From NCBI GenBank assembly GCA_031422435.1, contig JANPLU010000119.1:1-30925 (forward strand): DNA of 30,925 nt, written 5' to 3'. Below, one piece after another: positions 20,846 through 29,405 of the stretch. The notes under the pieces are model-generated. The model did not search any database. It was not told where the DNA came from and saw nothing but the letters and a program-made list of their open reading frames with translations. This stretch comes from Acaryochloridaceae cyanobacterium VAR_48_metabat_390. Lineage in GTDB: Bacteria > Cyanobacteriota > Cyanobacteriia > Thermosynechococcales > Thermosynechococcaceae. The translations under genes were made by a program, and so were the position numbers. The number at the start of each line of letters is the position of its first letter. Within the stretch, counting starts at the first letter, position 1.

Positions 20846-22849
20846 ATGAAAGACTTTTCGATTCAGGCTCCCTTTGAACCGATGGGCGACCAACCTAAGG
20901 CGATCGCTCAACTCACTACGTCTCTCCAATCTGGGAATCAGTTCCAAACCCTTTTGGGCGCAACGGGTACGGGCAAAACCTATACTGTCGCTCAAGTTAT
21001 TGAGAAAATTGGCAAGCCTACACTCGTTTTAGCCCACAACAAAACCCTAGCCGCGCAGCTTTGCAACGAGCTACGGGAGTTTTTCCCTCACAACGCGGTT
21101 GAATACTTTGTTAGCTATTACGACTACTATCAGCCCGAAGCCTATATTGCTGTCACCGATACCTACATTGAGAAAACGGCCTCGATTAATGAAGAAATAG
21201 ACATGCTGCGCCACTCTGCCACGCGTTCTTTATTCGAGCGCAAGGATGTGATTGTAGTGGCTTCGATTAGCTGTATTTATGGGTTAGGGATGCCCTCTGA
21301 GTACCTTAAAGCCTCCATCCCGCTGATGGTGGGAACTGAAGTAAATCAGCGGCAGCTACTGCGATCTCTCACTAATATCCAGTACACGCGCAATGACATA
21401 GACCTAGGGCGTGGCTGCTTTAGGGTGCGGGGAGATGTGCTAGAAATTGGCCCCGCCTATGAAGATCGCATCGTGCGGGTTGAGTTTTTTGGGGATGAAA
21501 TTGACGCGGTGCGGCTGGTCGATCCGGTTACGGGGGAAATTTTGCAGAGTGTGGATGGACTCAATATTTACCCCGCCCGTCACTTTGTGACCCCGACAGA
21601 GAAGCTGGAGGCTGCGATCGCCGCCATTGACCTCGAAATGCAGGAGCAGGTTGCCCATCTAGAAAGTGAGGGCAAGCTGCTGGAAGCCCAGCGCCTAAGC
21701 CAGCGCAGCCGCTATGACCTAGAGATGCTGCGGGAGGTAGGCTACTGCAACGGGGTTGAAAACTACTCTCGCCACCTAGCCGGACGTAATGCAGGCGACC
21801 CACCGGAATGCCTAGTGGATTATTTCCCGAAAGACTGGCTGCTGGTGGTGGATGAATCTCATGTGACGGTGCCGCAGTTGAGGGGGATGTACAACGGCGA
21901 CCAGGCTCGCAAAAAAGTGCTGATTGACCACGGCTTTCGGTTGCCTAGCGCGGCAGATAATCGCCCCCTGAAGTCTGAGGAATTTTGGCAGAAGGTGTCT
22001 CAGTGCATTTTTGTCTCCGCGACCCCTGGCGACTGGGAGATTGGGATTTCAGAAGATCGCATTGTGGAGCAGGTGATTCGGCCGACAGGCGTGCTGGATC
22101 CAGAATTGTTTGTGCGACCGACCGAGGGGCAAATTGATGACCTGCTGGGCGAAATTCAAAAGCGCGTTCAGTTGAATGAACGAACTTTGGTCACGACGCT
22201 AACTAAGCGCATGGCGGAAGATTTGACAGAGTATTTTCAAGAGCGCGGCATCCGAGTGCGGTATCTCCACTCAGAAATTCAGACCATTGAGCGCATTGAG
22301 ATTTTGCAGGATTTGCGCAAGGGTGTTTTTGATGTTCTGGTGGGGGTGAACCTGCTGCGGGAGGGGTTAGATTTGCCGGAAGTATCTTTAGTGGCAATTT
22401 TAGATGCGGATAAGGAAGGGTTTTTACGGGCGAAGCGATCGCTGATTCAAACCATTGGTCGTGCGGCGCGTCACGTTGCGGGCCAGGCTATTCTCTATGG
22501 CGACAACCTCACGGACAGTATGGCTGCGGCGATCTCTGAAACAGAACGACGGCGAGCAATTCAGCAGGCATACAACGAAAAATACGACATTACGCCCACC
22601 TCTACTAAATCTCGATCTGGCAATGCAATTTTGGCATTTTTAGATGTGTCTCGTCGCCTCAATGCGCAAGACCTCGAAACGGTCTTTGAGCAGGTAGATG
22701 AATTACCGCTCGAAGATATTCCGATGCTAATTCAGAAGCTGGAGGTGCAAATGAAGGAGGCTGCGAAAAATCTGGAGTTTGAAGAGGCGGGGAAATTTCG
22801 CGATCGTATTAAGCAGCTCCGTGAAAAGCTCGTCGGCAACCGGAACTAG
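20846..22849 (+). CDS. uvrB: Excinuclease ABC subunit B
   Basis: GDQPKAI, Walker [46 protein letters not shown]-terminal UVR motif; ATG 20846. Confidence 0.99.
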   Translation: MKDFSIQAPFEPMGDQPKAIAQLTTSLQSGNQFQTLLGATGTGKTYTVAQVIEKIGKPTLVLAHNKTLAAQLCNELREFFPHNAVEYFVSYYDYYQPEAYIAVTDTYIEKTASINEEIDMLRHSATRSLFERKDVIVVASISCIYGLGMPSEYLKASIPLMVGTEVNQRQLLRSLTNIQYTRNDIDLGRGCFRVRGDVLEIGPAYEDRIVRVEFFGDEIDAVRLVDPVTGEILQSVDGLNIYPARHFVTPTEKLEAAIAAIDLEMQEQVAHLESEGKLLEAQRLSQRSRYDLEMLREVGYCNGVENYSRHLAGRNAGDPPECLVDYFPKDWLLVVDESHVTVPQLRGMYNGDQARKKVLIDHGFRLPSAADNRPLKSEEFWQKVSQCIFVSATPGDWEIGISEDRIVEQVIRPTGVLDPELFVRPTEGQIDDLLGEIQKRVQLNERTLVTTLTKRMAEDLTEYFQERGIRVRYLHSEIQTIERIEILQDLRKGVFDVLVGVNLLREGLDLPEVSLVAILDADKEGFLRAKRSLIQTIGRAARHVAGQAILYGDNLTDSMAAAISETERRRAIQQAYNEKYDITPTSTKSRSGNAILAFLDVSRRLNAQDLETVFEQVDELPLEDIPMLIQKLEVQMKEAAKNLEFEEAGKFRDRIKQLREKLVGNRN

Positions 22850-23048
22850 AAAGCTCAATACAACCCCACCAGGAGGCGAAATTGTTGCCTAACTATTTTT
22901 TCGGGTGTAGGAACGAAGAAAAATCAACAATCAGATATTGAACACGCTAAGCAAATCAGTCGGGACTATAGGCGGCGAAAGTCAGATCGTTTTTACAGCC
23001 TTACGCGCCATTGACATTGGCGATCGTATACTTGACCAAAATCATAAT

Positions 23049-23085
23049 AAAGTAGGCTGTACTTCTTAGAAGTACAGCCTACTTT
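23049..23085. terminator. Perfect palindrome between convergent uvrB and trxA (probable bidirectional terminator)
   Basis: AAAGTAGGCTGTACTTC-TTA-GAAGTACAGCCTACTTT, 17-bp perfect arms. Confidence 0.7.
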
Positions 23086-23153
23086 CAATTCTCATAGCTG
23101 GGATTTACCAGAGAATAGAGCGTTTCCCAAGACGATAGCGGCAGATTGATCGC

Positions 23154-23474
23154 CTATAAATATTTTTCGAGTGTGTTGGCTAGCGTGGTTTTGGGGACTG
23201 CACCCACAACCATATCCACCCGTTGACCACCCTTAAAAATCATCAGCGTTGGAATGCTGCGGATTCCATATTGGCTGGCGATCGCCGGATTTTCATCCGT
23301 ATTCACCTTCACGACCTTAATTTGGCCTTGGTATTGTTCAGCAATTTCATCTACAACAGGCGCAACCATTCGGCAAGGACCGCACCAAGGTGCCCAAAAG
23401 TCTACCAAAACGGGAACGTCACTATCGACGACTTCTTGCTTGAACGTTGTATCCGTGACTGCAGTTGCTGTCAT
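23154..23474 (-). CDS. trxA: Thioredoxin (m-type TrxA)
   Basis: [35 protein letters not shown]. Confidence 0.98.
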   Translation of the reverse strand: MTATAVTDTTFKQEVVDSDVPVLVDFWAPWCGPCRMVAPVVDEIAEQYQGQIKVVKVNTDENPAIASQYGIRSIPTLMIFKGGQRVDMVVGAVPKTTLANTLEKYL

Positions 23475-23607
23475 GCCTGCACAACCTTTCTTATAGATGC
23501 TCTACAGTTCCTACCTTAGCAGGATCTTAACGACATCCGCTTTAATGTTAATTTTGATCTCAAACTTAACGCTTTAACTTAACATCCCATTTTTGCAACG
23601 CAATAGG

Positions 23608-23674
23608 AAACCGCCCGAACAATCGTCCAGGCGGAGTGTGGTGTGAGGAGTGAACGGAAACTTGCGTCTCCGCT
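23608..23674 (-). ncRNA. yfr1: Yfr1 small RNA
   Basis: Minus strand reads AGCGGAGAC-GCAA-GUUUCCGUUC-ACUCCUCACAC-CACACU-CCGCCUGGAC-GAUU-GUUCGGGCGG-UUU. The conserved ACUCCUCACAC motif (23651-23641) lies between two hairpins, in the canonical guaB-trxA location. Confidence 0.95.
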
Positions 23675-23681
23675 ATCCTCT

Positions 23682-23687
23682 ATTGTA
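23682..23687 (-). promoter_or_regulatory. -10 element (TACAAT) of yfr1
   Basis: TACAAT about 7 nt upstream of the predicted Yfr1 5' end. Confidence 0.65.
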
Positions 23688-23790
23688 GGCAAGCATTTGC
23701 ACTTTGCCTTGTTCATTCATCAGAATTGCCTTGCAGTAGACATAAAGTGTATTCAAAACGGACTTTAGCGAAGTGCCAAAAGTGCGTGCT

Positions 23791-24966
23791 TTACTTACCC
23801 ATGCCTAGCTTTTGTGCCTTCTGGTAAACTTTGCCTTCGGTGAGCAGAGAGGGCGCAATCACTACCTCCACCTGCTGCATTTCTTTCAAATCCTTAGCCC
23901 CTAAGGTACCCATGCTGGTTTTTAGGGCACCTAGGAAGTTATGGGTACCATCATCAAGCTTGGCAGGACCTGTCAGAATTTGCTCTAAAGTGCCTGTCGT
24001 CCCCACATTAATTCGGGTGCCGCGTGGCAAAAGAGGGCTAGGGGTGGCCATACCCCAGTGAAACCCTCGCCCTGGTGCTTCTTGGGCACGGGCAAAGGGC
24101 GAACCCATCATGACCGCATCCGCACCACAGGCAATACACTTACATACGTCACCGCCCGTCACCAGCCCACCATCAGCAATGACGGGAATATACTTGCCCG
24201 TTTGCTTAAAGAAGTCGTCACGGGCAGCGGCACAGTCTGCGATCGCCGTTGCCTGAGGTACACCCACACCCAGGACACCGCGCGAGGTACAGGCCGCACC
24301 AGGACCAATGCCCACTAGCACACCCGCCGCACCCGCATTCATTAAATCTAGAGTCACGTCGTAGGTCACGCAGTTCCCCAAAACGACGGGGATCGGCATA
24401 TCTTTACAGAATTGCGCCAGATCTAGGGGCGTAATCGACTCCGGCGATAAATGAGCCGTAGACACCACCGTAGCCTGAATGAAAAATAAATCTGCACCTG
24501 CTTCCGCCGCAGCTTGCCCAAACTGGCTAGCGCCCGCAGGCGTGGCGCTCACCGCAGCAATACCGCCCTGACTTTTAATTTCTTGAATGCGCTGACGAAT
24601 TAGCTCAGGCTTAATCGGCTCTGCATACAGACGCTGCATGAGCGTAACAAACCCATCTACATCCACTTGAGCAATCTGATCCAATATGGAGTTAGGGTCT
24701 GCGTAGCGCGTTTGAATCCCTTCTAGATTCAAGACGCCCAGTGCCCCCATTTGCGACAGACGCACCGCCATGCCAACATCCACCACCCCATCCATTGCGC
24801 TTGCAATGATGGGAATATTTCGCTGAACCCCTCCAATTTCCCAACCTGTATCCGCAAGCTGCGGATCCAAGGTTCGACGGCCTGGAACAAGGGCTATTTC
24901 ATCCATCCCGTATGCTCTACGAGCGGTCTTATTCCGACCAATTACAATGTCCACGCGCTTACCCAT
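23791..24966 (-). CDS. guaB: IMP dehydrogenase, cyanobacterial GuaB3 type (no CBS domains)
   Basis: IPIIASAMDGV, catalytic loop GIGPGAACTSR, VIADGG, MMGSPFARAQEAPG. Confidence 0.95.
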   Translation of the reverse strand: MGKRVDIVIGRNKTARRAYGMDEIALVPGRRTLDPQLADTGWEIGGVQRNIPIIASAMDGVVDVGMAVRLSQMGALGVLNLEGIQTRYADPNSILDQIAQVDVDGFVTLMQRLYAEPIKPELIRQRIQEIKSQGGIAAVSATPAGASQFGQAAAEAGADLFFIQATVVSTAHLSPESITPLDLAQFCKDMPIPVVLGNCVTYDVTLDLMNAGAAGVLVGIGPGAACTSRGVLGVGVPQATAIADCAAARDDFFKQTGKYIPVIADGGLVTGGDVCKCIACGADAVMMGSPFARAQEAPGRGFHWGMATPSPLLPRGTRINVGTTGTLEQILTGPAKLDDGTHNFLGALKTSMGTLGAKDLKEMQQVEVVIAPSLLTEGKVYQKAQKLGMGK

Positions 24967-25036
24967 TCCAGAACCTTTTAGCTACACTAACAAAGCCTGA
25001 GCAGCACTGTCAAAGTTGGTCTTTGCAGCAACAGCG

Positions 25037-26062
25037 CTACATTAAACCGTCCTTTTGAGCCATAAAGGCCATTAAATCTAGCACGCGATTGGAATAGCCC
25101 CATTCGTTGTCGTACCAGCCGATCACCTTAAAGAAGTTGGCGTTGAGTTCCATCCCTGCATCCGCATCAAAAATGCAGGAGTGGGCATTACCCTGAAAAT
25201 CAGTTGAAACTACGGCCTCATCGGTATAGGCCAAAATGCCAGCCAGGGAGGTCGCTGCCGCCTGGTTCATTGCGTCACAAATGGCCTGGTAGCTGGTGGC
25301 AGATTCAGTCTTAAAAGTGAGATCAACCACCGACACATCAGGGGTAGGCACCCGAAGCGCCATCCCCGTTAATTTACCTTTGAGCTGTGGCAGCACTAGC
25401 GCCACAGCTTTTGCTGCCCCCGTTGAAGAGGGGATGATATTTTGCGCGGCACCCCGCCCCCCACGCCAATCTTTTTTACTAGGGCCATCCACTGTGGGCT
25501 GGGTTGCGGTCATGGCGTGAATCGTCGTCATCAGTCCTTCGGTTAAGCCAAAATTTTCATCCAGCACTTTTGCCAAGGGCGCAAGACAATTGGTGGTGCA
25601 GCTTGCGTTAGAGACGACCGTATCTTTACTAGGGTCATACTGCTCATGATTCACACCCATCACAAAGGTGCGGATCCGCTCCGGCTCTTGGGTCGGCGCA
25701 GACAAAATGACGCGCTTTGCACCTGCTTTAAGGTGTTTTTCTGCACCTTGATAGTCTGTAAATAAACCCGTTGACTCCACGACGTAATCTGCACCTAGCG
25801 CTGCCCAAGGCAGTTCTGCGGGATCGCGCAGGGCAGAACAGGGCACAAAATGATCGTCTACCGTAATGCCTGCTTCGCTGGCTGAAACTTTGCCTTTAAA
25901 GATGCCGTGGGTAGAGTCGTACTTTAAGAGGTAGGCCAAGTTATCGGGCGGCACCAAATCGTTAATCCCCACAAATTCAATATTGGGGTTGCCCAAGCCT
26001 GCTCGAAAGACTAAACGACCAATACGACCAAAACCGTTAATGCCAACGCGTAAGGGAGCCAT
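25037..26062 (-). CDS. gap1: Type I glyceraldehyde-3-phosphate dehydrogenase, catabolic Gap1 type
   Basis: [23 protein letters not shown]-loop [17 protein letters not shown] (not the Gap2 DQRxLD type), WYDNEWGYS. Confidence 0.9.
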   Translation of the reverse strand: MAPLRVGINGFGRIGRLVFRAGLGNPNIEFVGINDLVPPDNLAYLLKYDSTHGIFKGKVSASEAGITVDDHFVPCSALRDPAELPWAALGADYVVESTGLFTDYQGAEKHLKAGAKRVILSAPTQEPERIRTFVMGVNHEQYDPSKDTVVSNASCTTNCLAPLAKVLDENFGLTEGLMTTIHAMTATQPTVDGPSKKDWRGGRGAAQNIIPSSTGAAKAVALVLPQLKGKLTGMALRVPTPDVSVVDLTFKTESATSYQAICDAMNQAAATSLAGILAYTDEAVVSTDFQGNAHSCIFDADAGMELNANFFKVIGWYDNEWGYSNRVLDLMAFMAQKDGLM

Positions 26063-26164
26063 TGAAATTCCTCGACCACAGGGATAGATATTGGAAAGCT
26101 AGATCATGACCAGACCCAGTTTTGAACCTAAGTCTTTAGGCGTTATAGCATAGGCTCATAAAGT

Positions 26165-26197
26165 AAAGAGAGGGTTGACATACATCACCCTCCCTTT
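26165..26197 (-). terminator. Probable terminator of the cupin gene, upstream of gap1
   Basis: Minus strand AAAGGGAGGGT...ACCCTCTCTTT stem (the G-U pair favours the minus strand), followed by ACTTT; outer CTCATAA/TTATGAG pairing. Confidence 0.55.
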
Positions 26198-26260
26198 TTT
26201 TGTGATTATGAGTAGCCCTGTCTTCAAGGAAGTATGCGGAACCAACATCTAAGAGATTGT

Positions 26261-26752
26261 CTACGCAGCTCTACGAATGGGACCTGTGAAGCCGTGCATT
26301 TCGGGCATTACGCCATTTTTAGAAGTCACCCAGCGTAGCCGAGAGATCTCAGCACTGCTGTAAACTCGAAACTCTCGCTCTACCGTAGTAGCAACGCAAC
26401 GAACGGCTTGGTTAAGCACTACTGAGCCATCAGGATCAGAGATGGAGCGATGGAAGGTTCCGGGGGGAATTCTCAAAATATCTCCGCCTGCCTCTAGGCG
26501 CACCATGTGGTACGGATGCTCCCAGGTGAAGTTGACCAAGTAAAAGGTACGACCGCCGCTGAGCGCCATTAAGTTATCTTCTTGATTGGGATGCAGGTAG
26601 AACTGCCAGAAGTCATCTGCGTCGTTATTGGGACTGACCGCTGGGCCACTATGAATGACCAAGTCCCGAGCGTTTGAGGTATCAATGGTGATATCAAAAA
26701 ACCGGACGTTAGGGGTATCGCGAAATTTACGATAGGAGATGAGGTCAAACAT
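26261..26752 (-). CDS. Uncharacterised cupin-fold (RmlC-like) protein
   Basis: 163-aa ORF with FYLHPNQEDNL and LRIPPGTFHR, resembling cupin motifs 1 and 2; divergent from a LysR gene. Confidence 0.8.
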   Translation of the reverse strand: MFDLISYRKFRDTPNVRFFDITIDTSNARDLVIHSGPAVSPNNDADDFWQFYLHPNQEDNLMALSGGRTFYLVNFTWEHPYHMVRLEAGGDILRIPPGTFHRSISDPDGSVVLNQAVRCVATTVEREFRVYSSAEISRLRWVTSKNGVMPEMHGFTGPIRRAA

Positions 26753-26960
26753 GAGATCTTAAATAACGGACGCTTTTAGGGTGGGCTTTGGCGGAGGAGA
26801 GAACGATTTCAGATTGTGATAGATCACGAGCGTTGGCTCAAAAACCTGCAAACAGTCGATTTAAGTCTCTCTTGTTATTAGGCTGCACCAGATGCTGATT
26901 GATATAAACAAATGTAACTCTCTGTTTTGTGATGAAACAAAAACAAAAGCGGTTCGTATC

Positions 26961-26977
26961 TATGCACAATTCGAATA
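26961..26977. promoter_or_regulatory. Candidate LysR recognition box (T-N11-A dyad)
   Basis: TATGC-ACAATTC-GAATA, an imperfect ATGC-N7-GCAT dyad 10 nt upstream of the LysR ATG. Confidence 0.45.
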
Positions 26978-26987
26978 AATGTCATAG

Positions 26988-27872
26988 ATGAACATTTCTC
27001 ATCTCAAGATTTTTATGGCGGTTGTAGAGAAAGGCAGTTTTTCTCTAGCGGCTTTAGAGTTAGGGCTATCTCAGTCGGCAGTTAGTCGGGCGATCGCCTC
27101 CCTTGAAGAAGAATTAGGCGTGTCGTTGCTGGCGCGGGGGCGCTTTGGCGCTTACGCAACGGATTTTGGCGATCGCGTGACGGTCTATTTTCGGCAGATT
27201 TTACAGGCCGAGGCGGACATAGAAGCCGAAGCAAACCGCGAAAAAGGGCTTTATGGAGGTCGAGTCAGAATTGCATCTTTTCGCAGCGTTGCTACTCACG
27301 TGCTGCCGCCGCTGATTGCCCAATTTTCGCAGCGGTTTCCGAATGTAGAAGTGTCGCTAGTGGAAGCAGATCCCAATACGGTAGAACAGGCTTTACGAGA
27401 AAACCGTGTGGATATTGGGCTAATGCCGCTGCCACGAACCTCCGATGATTTTGAAACCTGGGAAATTATGCGCGATGAATTTGTGGTGTTACTGCCGCCC
27501 TCGACAAAGCCAGCGCCCAACCCACTCACTTGGAGAGATCTCAGCCGCTCTGCCTTTATTCTCTACAACTATGCAGAATGCACCACGGCGGTACGGCAGC
27601 ACTGGCAGCACTGGCAACAGTCCCTAAAAGTCGCCTACGAGATCAAAGAAGATTCAACTATTGTCAGCATGGTTTCTCAAGGGCTAGGCGCGGCGGTGCT
27701 GCCCAAACTTGCCGCACTGCCCATTCCTGAAGGAATCCAGGTGCGATCGCTCCCAGAACCCCTTGACCGCAACATCGGCGCGGCGGTACTGGCCAATATT
27801 TGGCACTCTCCTGCGGTCTTCACCTTTCTAGATTTGCTGCGGGGAACGGGGATTTTTTCGCAGCAGAATTGA
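26988..27872 (+). CDS. LysR-family transcriptional regulator
   Basis: N-terminal wHTH GSFSLAALELGLSQSAVSRAIASLEEELGVSLL; substrate-binding domain with MVSQGLGAAVLP; 294 aa. Confidence 0.97.
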   Translation: MNISHLKIFMAVVEKGSFSLAALELGLSQSAVSRAIASLEEELGVSLLARGRFGAYATDFGDRVTVYFRQILQAEADIEAEANREKGLYGGRVRIASFRSVATHVLPPLIAQFSQRFPNVEVSLVEADPNTVEQALRENRVDIGLMPLPRTSDDFETWEIMRDEFVVLLPPSTKPAPNPLTWRDLSRSAFILYNYAECTTAVRQHWQHWQQSLKVAYEIKEDSTIVSMVSQGLGAAVLPKLAALPIPEGIQVRSLPEPLDRNIGAAVLANIWHSPAVFTFLDLLRGTGIFSQQN

Positions 27873-27880
27873 GAAGCCCT

Positions 27881-28780
27881 CTAGTCAGACGTATTTTGCT
27901 GACGCTTAATGGGTTTTGGGACAGGACGCGCCTCTCGGCTTGCTGCCGTATTCGCACGATGAGCCAGATTAGGCTTTGCAGAATAGGGCATTTTGGGGAA
28001 AGGTTTAGCAGCGCGATTATTTTGGGGACGCTGATTCTTTTGAACCGGCATCATGGCAATAGAGGTGCCATTTTGCAAGACCAGCTCGTTGCCTTGACGC
28101 ATAACGTGCAGATCCCAAAAGTATCCCACTGCCTTTTGAGGCAGCGTCCCGATAATTTTGAGCTTAAAGGCTTTACCGCGCTCATCAGACGCCTTTGTCT
28201 TACGCGCTGTCTGCTGAATTTTGACGTAAAGAAGCTGTTTGTCGTGGGCTTGATAAACAATCTGACCCCGCACTGAGAAATACCCATCTTCAATCGGCTG
28301 AGCTAACGCGGGATCTGCCTCTGGCAAATGTGCAGGCTCAGCAGATTCTCCGGTCACGGGGCTAAACCCATCTGCTGCCCAAACGCCAACCACCTGTAGG
28401 TGCAGCGTTTGTTCCTTTTCTCGGGTGCGAGGGTACACCACCCAAAAGTAGGGACGGTCTAGGTCAATATATTTTTTGACCAAGCTCATCACCTGCCCCA
28501 GCAGAACGGCATCCAGCCTTAGCCCGCTTCCCACCTCAAGTTCTCCACGATTGAAGCGTTCTTCTGAGGGGTGGTATTTGCCCTGCACCAACCCAATTGC
28601 CCTAAACTGCATAGGTTCGCTGGGGGGAGAAATAGGCTGCTGACGACTCATATTCATGGGCTGCATCTCCTCTAAAAGGTTAGCGCTTTCAGCAGAAGAG
28701 TCTTCTGCTGAAGCTTCCAGGAGGGAGGGAGGATCGTTACTGGGCGCAGAACGAGAAGGATTTGGCTTAGTCATGGGCAT
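27881..28780 (-). CDS. Conserved cyanobacterial hypothetical protein
   Basis: 299-aa ORF with a core QPISPPSEPMQFRAIGLVQGKY...DAVLLG...WVVYPRT...YFSVRGQ...GYFWDL that I recall from cyanobacteria; low-complexity acidic N-terminus and basic Pro-rich C-terminus. Confidence 0.8.
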   Translation of the reverse strand: MPMTKPNPSRSAPSNDPPSLLEASAEDSSAESANLLEEMQPMNMSRQQPISPPSEPMQFRAIGLVQGKYHPSEERFNRGELEVGSGLRLDAVLLGQVMSLVKKYIDLDRPYFWVVYPRTREKEQTLHLQVVGVWAADGFSPVTGESAEPAHLPEADPALAQPIEDGYFSVRGQIVYQAHDKQLLYVKIQQTARKTKASDERGKAFKLKIIGTLPQKAVGYFWDLHVMRQGNELVLQNGTSIAMMPVQKNQRPQNNRAAKPFPKMPYSAKPNLAHRANTAASREARPVPKPIKRQQNTSD

Positions 28781-29320
28781 ACGGGCTTATCGGCAGGTTG
28801 ATTGGGCTTGCGAGAGAGAATGACTCAAATTGGGAGTGTTATTTTTTAAGCGTTTGGTACCTGAATTTTAGAATTATCTCTCTATATTGAACATATGTGT
28901 TCTGCCTGAGATCTTTACAATACTAATGATTGCAAGAAATCACGACTTCATCAAAAGCCCTTTAGTTACATCTATCTAAACATTGAGCATTAATGAGGTT
29001 TCTACAACAGCATCCTTTAGAGGGCGCAATCTAAAGTAGCAGCTTAAAAGCTTAATTTCAACGATTTAAGATTGTTTTGGCGATTTTCCGGAAATAGCAT
29101 GTCGTTAGTATGCTCAGGTTTTTATGACCAGAATCCTTCAGTTGCTTAGGTTCCCCAAGTTTAGAACCTAGGCTGTTAACACTAATCTGCAACACCAAGG
29201 ATTTAAATATTATTCCCAAAAAAATTAATTTTTGTTGATGTCACACAATATAGACACAGATACCTAACGACGCAATACGGTTAGACAATCCACAAGCGCG
29301 ATCTATCTGTTGCAAGGCAC

Positions 29321-29346
29321 ACGAACAGCCTCTACAGGCTGTTCGT
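29321..29346. repeat. Perfect inverted repeat downstream of the ThDP enzyme gene (REP-like)
   Basis: ACGAACAGCCT-CTAC-AGGCTGTTCGT, 11-bp arms, no U-tract. Confidence 0.6.
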
Positions 29347-29405
29347 AGGGGTTCGCACTCAACGTACCGAAGCAAAGGCTTTAATTGCCGCAGTACATTT
29401 GAACT

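Noticed and set aside
27800..28276. 158-aa + strand ORF
   Set aside because: Antisense to the conserved hypothetical gene and overlapping the LysR end; no recognisable features.
29392..29405. AGTAC-ATT-TGAACT LexA-like dyad
   Set aside because: One half-site is mismatched and it lies at a gene 3' end with no promoter context.
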